Notes under the pieces: model-generated
What the model was told of the DNA's origin: nothing
The model's input: only the letters and a program-made list of their open reading frames with translations
Databases searched by the model: none
Part shown: one piece after another, positions 47,261-59,977 of the stretch
Layout: each line of letters starts with the position of its first letter
How positions within the stretch are numbered: position 1 is the first letter of the stretch
Position numbers and translations under genes: made by a program
Source: Azolla caroliniana
Taxonomy: Eukaryota; Plantae; Polypodiophyta
NCBI GenBank assembly: GCA_043228905.1
Contig: JBHGNT010000011.1
Span: forward strand, 2,108,001-2,172,000
DNA length: 64,000 nucleotides
Direction: 5' to 3'

Positions 47261-49244
47261 CATGGCATACCTCAAGATTAGGATACACACTTCATCAAAT
47301 CTTTACCTAAAAGAGGAAGACATACAAAATGTAAACAATTATCACACAATCACAATTTGTTCTCTATTGGTGAAGTTATTTGGATGTATAATGGAAACGA
47401 GGTTAAGTACAAAGAAATGGTAAGAGGGCTTATGGATAAACTTGTTTTCAAAAACACCATACTAACACCAATAATATTATGTTAATAGAAGAAGGTTCTT
47501 TGAAAGATAGAGCATTATTTTGTTTCTGACATTCTCTTCAACGTGAGATAGGGCATTGTGGTAAGTGAGAAGACAATATGACACAATGCAAGTACCATCA
47601 ACTATAACTTTTGGTAGAAATGGAGTAGCCCCAATATAGTTATTGCAAACATAAAATTATGAATGTAAAATAATAGCATTCAAAGCTAGAAAGAATGACC
47701 ATTAACCACCACATTGAGATAGACATGGTAGAGTACTATCTCACCTTTGTGGCAATCTATGGATCAAGCCACCTATTACTACTTGTCAGGGAGATGTTTC
47801 TTACAAGTTAGTTGATTGCATATAGACTTGGACATGGAAGCCCACTAGCATATATCCATTAAATGGTCGATTGAATTTGATGTTGGCTATCAAAATCATG
47901 GTCCCATAAATCTCCACTATTGTTATATGTGAATAAACAAGACATTGCGAGTAATACACAATCTGAATCGGTATCTTTTCTTAAATGCCCCCAAGTTTTC
48001 ATTATTTCCCTAAACCCTCTTTGGTCAAAACTCAAAAGAGAGATTCTAAAGTTAGATAATCCACTTGTCCACTATCATATGCATTATTTCAGCAATTCTA
48101 CAACCAATTTTTGCTCAATTTCAAGGGGTTCATATTAGACTAAGATAGAACCAAACAAATGAGAATGGAATAGGAATATATTATGCTTCTATGGCATCCA
48201 CATTTCTAGCATTACTAGATTTCTAGAGTTTCAGGCAGAAATAAGTTCCAAGAACAATGACACCATTATGTTATTATTGGACAGATTATCTTGGGATATT
48301 ATATTGACATTTCATATCAAAGTTGTATCGTGGTATAATTTAAAAGATGTTTATCCCCATTTACATGTTTGACCAAGTGAACTAATATCTTAATATCTAG
48401 TATGGGGTATGGTGGAGTACATTGAAGAAAATCCAATGCCTAGGCAATTTTATACTATAATTTGGTCTTTATGATGAATTATAACAACCAGGACAGGGAC
48501 TGACAGATAACACAAGATGACAACATTTCAGATGTAACAATATCACATGCAACTTTCAATCATAAGAACATTTGAAGTGAAACATTCCAGTTTCCAATTG
48601 AATGCCTTCTCTTCGTTTTCAAGAATAGTATTGAAGCACAAATTTAGTACAATCAGAAAGGGAATACCCCATTTTTGAAAATATGCATCAACAGATTGTA
48701 GAGGATGAATGAAATATGATTTAACTATAGACAAATCTAATCAAACTTATGTCATGACCCAATTGCACAATAATATCAATAAGATAGCCAATATCTGCTT
48801 CTAATAATGAACAGTGGACAAAATCTTTAATCAATGAATTAACATTTGGCAACCGAAAGTGTATTGAGTTTATTAGACGTCAAATCAGTAAACTGAAAGG
48901 CTTATTTTGTTTACTAATATGTCTAGTCCTATTTGTACCATATTATCATAGATATAAAACATCGGAGACAATCGTGTTTGCTAATGTCCGATTCAGTCTT
49001 CATGCTTCTTTCAGATTGAACACATACATTCTACAACATAAAGTTTGGTAAAGTTTTCTACTAATCTTTGATTGTACAATTGTTTACAAATTACAAGAGA
49101 CTTTTACAGGGAAATAGTGATCTTATACATCCATCAAAAACTTCCGCACCTAGACATGCTCTTACATTATTGAAGTTGCATGCTACGTTATTATTGCCTC
49201 AGAATTTGCTTGATCATACAAAAATACAAGATCTTGCCTTTTCC

Positions 49245-51525
49245 TTAATTTTCCTTTCCAGGAAGCTGCAATGCATCATAATGACCAAACCCATGGTATA
49301 AAACTGTTATAGGCGCAACACTCTCTTTTCTGTACTCTTCACCATATTCAGCAATAGATATTATTCCTCCTGACCGTTGCTCAAACATGTAAACTGAGAT
49401 AGGCATCCTGGAAGTGATACGATGTATTTGCTTATTGTTATACAACATCCTTAACCAAGCTATCCAATTATTATATTAGCACTGGCATGTGTCCTGCATT
49501 CTTTATCATCATAATGTGGAAGCTTTTGTGCATTAAAAACAAATTGTATACCTGAGTACATGTGATGCCATTAGCAGTTCTGGCTCTCCACCCCAAACAT
49601 GAGGTTGTCTCATTTGCCTTGTGTAAGTGTCGAAATCTCCTTCAATGAACCTGGAAAAAGAAAGTTAAAGAATCATATGCGTAAAGACTCCCAACGTTAC
49701 CAATACGAACACGAAAACTTTGCATTTCAATGAGAATATTTACCATTCTGTATCTCCACGGCGCTTTACAAGCTCATCCACGACCTACACAAAGCTTGGA
49801 CTTTAACAATTTTTTTAAAAGATCATCGCACTAATTTAATTTGCCTTACCTTTTCTCTTAAAGCGTCCGCATACTCTCGTTGTAAAGTTTCATTTGGTGC
49901 ACCCACCCCCTTCCTCACTTGGGCACCATGAGCCACTGCTCGGAACAAACAGCGTCCATCTCCAGGTATACCTTAAGAGAAAGGGGATAAACAAAGGGGC
50001 AGTCTTCATTTATCACAATATTTTATCCAATACTTTTGTCAAAACTCTTATAAAGAAAGAGACCCAAAACATTTACCAATGACTGAATACCCCTTAATGA
50101 CTTTCTTCCCATGAGATACAGTTTCTGCAACTGCGGACATACGATTTGCATCAACTCTACCAGAATCAGATTTTTTCATGGGTACTTCTGCTAACACTGG
50201 AGAGCCACCAAATGTCCATGTGCCTGTTGCCACACTGCAAATCCCAAATAACGTCCACGCTGATTGCCTACGAAGCAAATAAACAATTTCTAGCACCTTA
50301 GCAAATAAGGTGTAACCATACAAATTACAGAAGGAATCAAAACAGCTTAATACCTTAAACCCATGGATTTAGCACCTTTCCTGGACAAACATTTGGAGAT
50401 TTTGCAATTCCCAAGTGTTGAAAAGAATGAATTTGGTTGCCCCACGACCAGCTTTGCCATAGACATCCCTCACTATGCTTTCTCTGCCAGTTCTATAAAC
50501 TGGTCTCTTCCTTAGTATATTTGGCCCACAAAAATGTCAAATGATTTTGGGCAGCATTTGCCGGTGCACAATACTTCCCAGCAATTCAATCACAAATGGT
50601 CACAATAAAGGACTTTTCAATGTACGAGACACTTGAATAATCTGAATGTTTTAGTAAAGCAGTACTTCCCAGCAAAGCAGTGCTTTCTTTACAATAAAGA
50701 GCTCATCAATAATGCAAGAATCTTGAATAACCTGAATGTTTCAGTAACACAACTCCTGCAAACAAGTACAATCATGTAAGACAGATCCACAAAGGGTTTG
50801 AAAATTTCCTCATTAACAAGATGACAGTGAAATCTAACCCTTCCTAGCTAAGTACACTTGGAGTCGTATAAGGTAGATGCTAAATCCGGGAAAACATTGA
50901 AATCAAAAATTTGCTATGTGTTTGCTTAGCCCTAATCTTGATTTGTTATGTGCATATGCATCACCTACAATACAGAGTCACCTATTCGCATGTGGAGAGA
51001 TGGATGCATTGGCTATGACAATCTGGATACTAGACCTCAGGCTGTCTGGATATTGAAGGGGTCAGGTAGCTACCTATGCTCACCTTCCATTTCATTTCCC
51101 TCCATATCTCTCCATTTCATTTCCCTCCATATCTCTCCATTTCCTTTAGTAGATGTTAGAGTCAACCTGATTTCTTTGAGCATATGCCTAACTCAGGATG
51201 TGCATTTGGTGTAGCTACGAGTAGTATGGGATACATCTAGTTCTCTACCCCAGCCTATACGCCTAGCGTCTGGGATACAAAATTGATTAGGAGAGTTTTC
51301 TCTAGCATTCTTATGCCGCCATTGACATAATTCGTGATTTTATTACATGAAATGTCATGGCCACACTTCTATGCAGAGGAAGCAGAAACTAAAATGTGGT
51401 AATCAGACTTGTTGGATTTGTTTGATGAGAGGAATTAGGTCAAACTTTGGAGTTACGGAAAAAGCGAGCCTGAAGAAATCTGAAACCAAGGGAAAACGCG
51501 CATTTCTGGCTCAGATTTCGTCTAA

Positions 51526-51560
<35 letters not shown>

Positions 51561-51755
51561 ATATAGAAGGTTTTCCGTGTTCTCAGCCACACAATAACAT
51601 AAAACAGAGATCAAGAAAACAAGAAGCAATAAATGAAGAAGAAGAAGAAGAGCCGAGGAATTGTGAAGGAAGGAGGAGGTTAACCTGGACGAAGAGACTG
51701 TATGGGCCGGGGAAGAGAAACGCACAGAAGAAATTGGCAGAAGAAGAAGAGGCAT
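49245..51755 (-). CDS. OTU-domain deubiquitinase (OTU4-like), 6 exons: 51685-51755, 50077-50267, 49850-49971, 49744-49784, 49552-49650, 49245-49407 (228 aa)
   Basis: GT-AG introns with consistent phases (687 nt incl. stop); catalytic GIPGDGRCLFRAVAHG, WGGEPEL, LYHGFGHYDAL; exons 49245-50267 well supported, first exon inferred. Confidence 0.88.
51527..51557. repeat. (TA)n microsatellite in OTU intron 1
   Basis: Direct observation. Confidence 0.9.
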
Positions 51756-51759
51756 AGCC

Positions 51760-51885
51760 TCGTGTCTGTCACTGTCTCTGCTGTTTCTGTTTCTCTTGTC
51801 TCTGTTTCTCTGTCTCTGTCTCTGTCTGTGTCTCTGTCTGTTTCTCTGTTTCTCTGTTTCTCTGTCTGTCTCTGTTTCTCTCTGT
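51760..51885. repeat. CTGT/TCTG low-complexity repeat in OTU 5' leader
   Basis: tctctgtctctgtttc repeats immediately upstream of ATG 51755. Confidence 0.8.
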
Positions 51886-51980
51886 TTGGTAAAAATGAAC
51901 AGAAATGAGCTTCTGTGGTTTATCAAAATTGAGAAAGGTAGGTTTTGTAAAATTATGAAAAATACCCCTGTCCCACCCAC

Positions 51981-52022
51981 TAGGTTTAGGGCTTAAGGGT
52001 TTAGGGGTTTAGTGGTTTAGGA
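51981..52022 (-). promoter_or_regulatory. Cluster of telomere-like TTTAGGG repeats (telo-box-like) upstream of OTU gene
   Basis: taggtttagggcttaagggtttaggggtttagtggtttagga, ~230 bp upstream of ATG. Confidence 0.55.
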
Positions 52023-52049
52023 CTATTTGTATCATTTCTCACAACTAAC

Positions 52050-52430
52050 ACTTAGGACTCGGCACCGAACCGAACCTCGGTTTAAATGGTTCGTATCGGT
52101 TCAGGTTCAGGTTTTTTTAAACGGTTCAGTTCAGTTTCAACAGTTAGAAAATCGCGGTTTTTAAACGGTTTTTTCTTTTTTAATTGTTTTTAAACAATCT
52201 TTTCATTTTCAAGCCTTATTCTCACATTTTAGGAAAACCTTTAAATTTTTGAAAATTTAAAATAATGAAACATTTTAAATTTTAAATTTTAAAATTTGAA
52301 TTTTGACCTAAAGTTAAAAACTGAAACCGCGATTTTAACGGTTTGAAACATTTTAATGGTTCGGTTCAAGTTTCAAAAGTTTAAAACGATTTGGTTTTGA
52401 CACTCTCAAACCGAACCGAATTGTTGCTAA
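52050..52430. mobile_element. Degenerate MITE-like element with AACCG/CGGTT subterminal repeats
   Basis: ccgaaccgaac and ggttcggttc motifs, internal inverted aaaatcgcggtttt/aaaccgcgatttt; resembles 30609-31076. Confidence 0.5.
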
Positions 52431-53669
52431 TTGTTACTCACAACCAGAACTCAGTGCTCGAACGCATAATAACATGAACATGCGGGGAAACGCTTCTCCG
52501 CGATCTTTTCGTGTTTTGCCAGAAAGCTGTCGATCGATCTTCAAAACATGATTATTCGCCCTCAGAACCCTGAATACATTATTTAGAACCCTGAATGCAT
52601 TATTTAGAGAAAAGGTTGTGATGAGATTAACTCGATTCGTTAGCAATTTTTGTCCAATTTTAGTCTACGTCGAATTCGAGATTCTTAATGCATGAGAAAT
52701 TGCATCCAAAACAATTGGGGTACCTACCCATCATGTCGCAACAATCATTCCAAGCCTTTGAGGATCATTGTATTCAATATATATATATATATATAAGGCT
52801 TACAACACTCACGATACACAGCATCCTTGCCCTACTAACTAGTAAAGCGAGGACCTTGGTGTGAAGCAAACCCTATAGTGTAACCCTCTCTCGCGTGTTG
52901 TAAGACTAGACGCCTTTAAAGAGTTGTGAAAACAGTCAAACCATTAATAAGCGTTAACCCACCCTATGTACCTTTGTGTGGTACTCCATGGAGGACATCA
53001 AATAATAACTCATTTCTCGGTACTTCAATCATGCCATAAGACCCCAATACATAAAGAGTTGTCAAACACAAAAAAGATCATGATCATTCACACTCTCTTG
53101 ATCTCACCCTAAACTTGTTTGATTACATTTAATAATTGTATCATGTATCTTTATGAATTCTAACTCTAGGCGCAACATGCATTCACATTTGATGGTAAGA
53201 GGAACAAAAACCATCTCTCGAAGGTGGACACTCACATGGAGCTATCGAAAAGACCCAAGTTTTCTCGGAAACTTAACACAACTGTTGAGCGGCAAGCTCA
53301 ACCGGAGCCGGATCGGCTGAATAAGCCTGAGCCAGTAAGCGAGATGAATCGGTATGTCGGTGAGCAACCGAGCCGGTAAGCAGTAAGGACCGGTGAGCTG
53401 GGGAGCCGGTATGCCGGATCCAATCCGTAACCGGAAGCCTAGTATAGGTTAGACTACTAGGCAGTTATAGTCTCGTAGCTAGTGTCAGATGCTCGTGTGA
53501 GCATTGAAATACACCATACTTCTAACAGTCCTGTGTGAACTTGTATAAATAGCGTTGATGGGCGCGTTGTAGATACAGAGCACAGAGTATTCATATAATT
53601 TTGAAAAATAGTGTGCCTTGCTGTCTCTCTCTCTGTCTCTCCCGCGTACTCTCTCTCTCTCTGTATTGT

Positions 53670-54104
53670 TGTTACCGGGTGGCAAAGGAGTCCAGAGTGG
53701 GAAACGGAGAGTTATTTAAGTAGTAGGAATGTGGTTGTAATTAAGCTATGAGTGTGGACAGACGGACCGGAATCGGTATGCCGTTCCGGATCCGGACCGA
53801 TCCCGAACAGGTGCGGATGGCACCATTTTGTAATACAGACCGGAAACCTATTTAAAGGCCCGGATACAATGTAATCAAGAGCGGTTAATTAATAGAAGCT
53901 TAGCGTTGTTATCTCTCTGTGTTAATTGCCATTCTGTCTTAATTGTTATATTTTACGCATGTAATTATGAAAGACGATCATGCCACGTAACTTAATTAAG
54001 TCGGATTAAGCGTTGAGTCTAATCCGGTTGCCGTAACACCCTTTGGTGAAATGTCTTCCGTAGACACCCTGTGTTAGGCCATTGTCCGGCCCGAAGAGTT
54101 AACA
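53670..54104. mobile_element. Solo LTR inside 5' LTR of element G, TSD ATTGT
   Basis: TGTTA...TAACA termini; ATTGT at 53665-53669 and 54105-54109; absent from the 3' LTR. Confidence 0.9.
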
Positions 54105-54236
54105 ATTGTTCTTTCTAACGCCTCCGCAAGCAATCTTTTACATGGTATCAGAGCGCGTGGGTTGAGAACCTCTGCTGCAGACATCTACGCATGTGAAGGA
54201 AACCCTAACAGATCGGAAAGCAGACACAAAGGAGAA

Positions 54237-57200
54237 ATGGACAGAGGTATGACTATGTCACTCCCGGTGGAGAAGCTCGACAGAACCAACTACGCATCTT
54301 GGTCATACAAGATGCACCAATACCTGCTTGGGCATGGCTACTGGAGTTATGTCGATGGAGTGAACGACTCAACACCGGAGACGACACACAAGGTCTTCCC
54401 AGTGTGGGATCAGGTGGCAAGCAGGGTGATGTACTGCTTTGCATCCAGTGTCGGTGACCAGCTGCTCAGCCATATCCGTGACGCCAAGACACCGAAGGAT
54501 GCATGGGGAAACTTGAAAAAGGTTTTCGCCGCAAGCACCACTGCCCGAAAGCTGCAACTCAGACAGGAGTTGAGCAATGTTCGACAGAAGAACATGTCAG
54601 TGGCAGATTACACAGCTCGGATCAAAGGGATCAGTGACTCGCTTGCCTCTATTAACGTCACCATAGAGGAAGACGAGATGGTGCAGGTCTGTCTTGGAGG
54701 CCTAGCGTCCAAGTTCAGAGCTTTCCGGACTGCGGTTTGTACAAGGGAGAATACGCCCTCATTTTTCGACTTACAGTCGATGCTCCTTGTAGAGGAGAAC
54801 CACGCCGGTGCATCTACTAGTGCATCCCCAGACAGCCGGATGTTGTACACGGGAGCGGATCGGTCCCGCGGGCGTGGTGGACGAGGCGGCCGACAAGAGC
54901 AGGAACGAAGGCACAGTGAGCGTGCCGACAGCAGTTCCGGGACTTCTACAAGAAGGGGGAGTCAAGGTGGTGCCGGAGGCCGGCAAGACAAATCCGCTAC
55001 GGAATGCTGGTACTGTGGGAAAAAGGGCCATAGGGAAAGCGAGTGTTGGAGAAAGCGTGCCGATTCGGACAAATCCGGATCCGGCAAGACCGGTAAGGAA
55101 GGTCGGCAAAGCTTGCACTACGCAAACGGATCAGGAGGATCCAAGAACGGTAAGGGGCCAGCCTTGGTGATGAAGCACAAGGCAAACTCAATGAAGAAGA
55201 CCACTTCCAAATCGGAGGAAGTGTGGTACGTTGACTCTGGCGCATCGAACCACATGACGAGCCACGAGGAGTGGTTCTCCTTTTTGGAGAAGCCGGATCA
55301 ATCGGGAGTTGTCGAAACCGGAGATGACACTCCCCACCCGATCGTGCACGTCAGAGAAGTCCCTTTGACCCACGTCGGACAGAGGGGGAAGTCGATGAAT
55401 GTATTACATGTTCCGACGATCACGAAGAACCTGGTGTCGGTCGGACAGATCGTCGACCAGGGGATGCAGGTGCGGTTTATGCACCTCGGGTGCTTCATTG
55501 AGGATGAGGGCGAAGTTATTGCGCAAGGGCGCAAAGATGGGAGGATGTTTATTCTCAACACCAATGATGTCGGCACCGCACTATTCGCCAAAGGACAGAA
55601 GGTCGAGTCGGATATCGACCTGTGGCACAAGCGGATCGTCCACGTCAACTACCAGAGGCTTCAAGACTTGCAAACGGAACAAGTCGTTTTCGGTTTGCCA
55701 AAGTTTAGCAGCCGGAGAGCCCAGATTTGTGAAGCCTACCAACTCGGGAAGCAACACCGGCTTCCATTCCCCACCGAAAGAAATCGAAGCCGTAACAAGC
55801 TCGATCTTATCCATTCGGATATGTGGGGACCGGCACAAAATGTTAGCATTGGCGGGAGTCGATATTTCGTCTCCTTCATCGACGACTACACGCGGCATAC
55901 GTGGATCTACCTCATTGAGCGGAAGAGCGAAGTCTTCGAGTGTTTCCGGAGCCTCTAGAAGATGGTGGAACGGGAATCAGAGAGGAAGATCAAATGCCTA
56001 TGGTCGGATGGCGGAAAAGAGTACTTTTCCGGCCAATTCAACAACTATCTACAACAAAAAGGAATTCGGCGAGAATTCAGCTGCAGATACACACCGCAAC
56101 AGAACGGTGTGGCCGAAAGGAAGAATCGGTCGCTGATTGACGCGGCTAGGGCAATGCTGGAGGAAAAGAGCATGCCCAAGTTCTACTGGGCGGAGGCGGT
56201 CCAAACGGCCGTTTACATCCAGAACCGGATTGGGGACAAGGTGTCAGCTCACGAGCTGTATTTCGGGCGCAAGCCGAATTTGAGACACCTCCGGATATTC
56301 GGCAACATAGCCTATGTACATGTGCCGGATGAGAAGCGGAGAAAACTGGATGCAAAATCGGAAAAATGCATCTTAGTCGGCTATGCTCAAGAGCAAAAGG
56401 GGTATAAGTGTTATAACCCCCGGACGAAGCAGGTCCGAGTCAGCCGAGATGTTGAGTTTGATGAATCGACATCGTGGTATTCCTTACCAACTCCGACTTC
56501 CGATCCCGACCCGATGTCGGAGGATGGGGCTAGTGAGCCTGCACCGGCCTAGGTAGAGAAAGATGAAGCCGGGACTCAAGATGAGAGTCCGGAATCATTC
56601 CGGTTAAGCGGACCGAATGAGAGACTGGATCAGTCCAACCAATCGGATGATGAGACGACGAGTAGTGGAGACTCTGTCGTGCTCTCCCCGCGCAAGCAAC
56701 CGAGGAGACGGTTCACACGCAAAGAGAAAGGGAAGCAGAAGATGCCGGAATTTGAGACCGGCAATGATGAGTCGGATCGGTACCTATCTTACTTCGACAA
56801 GGACATAGTCAGATCTTCGGGAACAAAGACCGAACCGGCCAAGAAGGGTCTCATACCGGGTAACGGTGAGTTACGCTAGCCCACCCGCCAGAAGAATCCC
56901 GTTAAGCGGTACGGGTATAACGAGTACATGGCGCATCATTATGCGTACATGACCAAGGTCGTGGAAGTGCGTGAGCCGGAGAGCTACGTAGAAGCGGCAA
57001 AGGACGCAAATTGGCGTGCCGCTATGGAGGAAGAAATGCAGGCACTGGATGCCAACGAAACTTGGGACCTGGTTGACCCTCCCCGTCATTGTAAACCGAT
57101 CGGATGCAAGTGGGTGTACAAGGTAAAGTACAATGCCGACGGTACAATTAACCAGTACAAGGCCCGGTTAGTGGCGAAGGGATATGCGCAGACCCACGGA

Positions 57201-59242
57201 ATCGACTACGACGAGACCTTCGCTCCTGTAGCGAAGATGACGACGGTCCGTGTGGTACTGGCGGTTGTTGCGGCAAGGGGGTGGCATCTTCATCAGATGG
57301 ATGTGAAGAATGCCTTCCTTCAAGGAGATCTTGAAGAAGAAGTCTTTATGACTCAGCCCCTCGGATTTCAGTCGGAGGTGAACAAGTCGGCGGTATGCCG
57401 GTTGAGGAAGTCGTTGTACGGCTTGAAGCAAGCCCCCCGTGCTTGGAATGCTAAGATCACGCACCGGTTGCGAAAGATGGGGTTTGTTGCCTCTAAGTCG
57501 GACTCTTCCCTGTTCATCCGTCTAGGCTCAAACGGTCTGGTATGTATTTTACTCTATGTTGATGATTTAGTCATCACCGGCCTAGGTCTTCCGGAAATCA
57601 ACTGTGTCAAGTCCCAGTTGTCAGACGCATTCGATATGAAGGACTTGGGGGACCTTCATTATTTTTTGGGGATCGAGGTGATCCGCACCCCCGGCAGCAT
57701 ATTGCTTTCTCAACGCCATTATGTGTTGAATATATTGTACAAGTTCGGCATGACAGAATGCCGACCTGTCTCCACACCCCTGGACCGGAATAAAAAGATC
57801 CGTCCCAACTCCGGATCAGCCTGCGATGAGAAACGGTTCCAACAAATAGTCGGAAGCCTGATCTACTTGACCATCACCCGACCCGACATTAGCTATCCGG
57901 TCAGAGTGGTAAGCCAATTCATGCAGAAGCCGACCGTGGAGCACCTTTAGTGCGCGCAACAGATACTGAGGTATGTAAGCGGCACTAAGGACCGGGGGCT
58001 CTTATACCAGCAAGGTATAACCGAATAGCTTGTTGGCTACACGGATGCCGACTGGGCTGGCGATGCAACAGATCGTCGCTCAACTTCCGGCTTTATGTTT
58101 TCTCTTGGGAGCGGGGTCGTTGCGTGGAGCAGCAAAAAGCAAGCAACAGTGGCTCTATCAGCACCGAGGCTGAATACCGAGGCGTGACCGTTGCCACTTG
58201 CGAAGCCATTTGGCTTCGGCAACTACTGCAAGACCTACGGATCGAGGTGCCGACCCCGATCCTGATCTACTGCGATAACCTCAGCAGCATGCAGCTCGCC
58301 AAGAACCCTGTGTTCCATGCTCACACAAAGCACATAGAAGTGCATTATCACTTCGTGCGTGAGCGGGTCCTGAGCGGTGAAGTTGAACTACGGTATGTTC
58401 ACACAGATCGACAAGTTGCTGACATCTTCACCAAGCTGCTCGGGTCGGACAAGTTGCAGCACTTTACCGAAATGCTTGGTGTTCAACATCTCGACGTGCC
58501 GCACTTGAGGGGGAGACGCAAGGGCAAAGACACTACCGAAACGGGCAAAGGCAAAAAAACGGTTGAACCCGTAGGTAAGAGAAGAATTGGTAGAGGTGGA
58601 GACAAGAAGAAAAATGAAGCTGAGTCGACGAAGGAAGTCGGCACATCCGAACAGGTCGGAGTAAGCGGATGTGAAGAAGAAGTGTACACTCAAGAAGAGA
58701 AGTGCATGTTGTGTGGAGGTCATCATGATCGTAATGGCCATGATGCGGAGTCGAATGAAGAATTCGACTTCGGTGAACCAGCTGAAGAAGCCAAGGGAAG
58801 CACGGAGAAGGCCAAGATCCGGACGTGGTCCGATGTGGTGAAAGGCCTGAAGCCGAAAATCGAATCGGAGGATACCGATTCAGACAAGAGCTGGAACGAG
58901 TCAGAGACAACCGATTCGGATCAACAGACGGATCCGGATGAGTCAGATCAACGAGAGGCCAAGGAGACACGGACGCAGCGGAAGTCGATGCCATCGCGGT
59001 GGAACCGATGGATCGGCAAGCGCCGGAGTCATAGCAGCGAAGGAGTTGAGATGGGCCTATTGAGCAGACATGCCGAAGGTCGAGGCGCACAGAACCAAAG
59101 GGGTCGCGGCAAACGGGACCGGACCGGACAAGGAGCGCGAGCAAGGCGAAGCGACGCCAGGAGAAGTTGGTTGGAAGAACCGGTTGCCACAGACGTTGAC
59201 ACTACGACCCTACCTCAGGTTGAGCTTGAGGGGGAGTGTTGA
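54237..59242 (+). pseudogene. Copia gag-pol of element G (few premature stops, one frameshift) with long C-terminal extension
   Basis: ORFs 54162-55958, 55962-56552, 56928-57950, 58124-59242; CWYCGKKGHRESEC, WYVDSGAS, YVDDL, RNase H. Confidence 0.93.
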
Positions 59243-59977
59243 GCGGCAAGCTCAACCGGAGCCGGATCGGCTGAATAAGCCTGAGCCGGTAATCGAGATG
59301 AATCGGTATGCGGGTGAGCAACCGAGCCGGTAAGCAGTAAGGACCGGTGAGCTGGGGAGCCGGTATGCCGGATCCAATCCGTAACTGGAAACCTAGTATA
59401 GGTTAGACTACTAGGCAGTTATAGTCTCGTAGTTAGTGTCAGATGATCGTGTGAGCATTGAAGTACACCGTACTTCTAACAGTCCTGTGTGGACTTGTAT
59501 AAATAGCGTTGATGGGCGCGTTGTAGATACAGAGCACAGAGTATTCATATAATTTTGAAAAATAGTGTCTTGCTGTCTCTCTCTCTATCTCTCCCGCGTA
59601 CTCTCTCTCTCTCTCTCTCTGTGTATTGTTCTTTCTAACGCTTCCGCAAGCAATCTTTTACAACAACGAACTATCACGCCTACCATTATGTATGTATGCC
59701 ACAGGGAAGAACCATTTTGTATGTGTCATAGGGTAGAGAGACCCCTCGTCTCGCCTGCTCAATCTTGGTTTAGTGATGCAACTACGAGGAACTTCGAATA
59801 GAAACTGGAGGGGCATTATTTTGAGATAATGAGAAACAAGAGGAGCCATAGTCATGTTTTTTTGTGAATTTCAATTTTCAAAAACAAGACATGGGCACTT
59901 TGAGAGGAAATACAGGGAGATTAGAGGGAAACTCGGGGGATTCTTGAGAATGGAGGATCTCAACAAAGATGATAAGA

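Larger units (their letters stand above)
53283..59662 (+). mobile_element. Near-complete Ty1/copia element G, TSD ACAAC
   Basis: ACAAC at 53278-53282 and 59663-59667; LTRs 53283-54142 (with insertion) and 59237-59662; PBS tggtatcagagc 54143-54154; PPT gagggggag 59228-59236. Confidence 0.95.

Noticed and set aside
47300-49200. Short ORFs downstream of the OTU gene
   Set aside because: AT-rich intergenic/3' UTR sequence with no domain or splice support.
51347-51996. ORFs 51347-51757, 51702-51908, 51796-51996 and most of 51522-51980
   Set aside because: Translations of microsatellite/low-complexity sequence; only the 71-nt first exon is retained.
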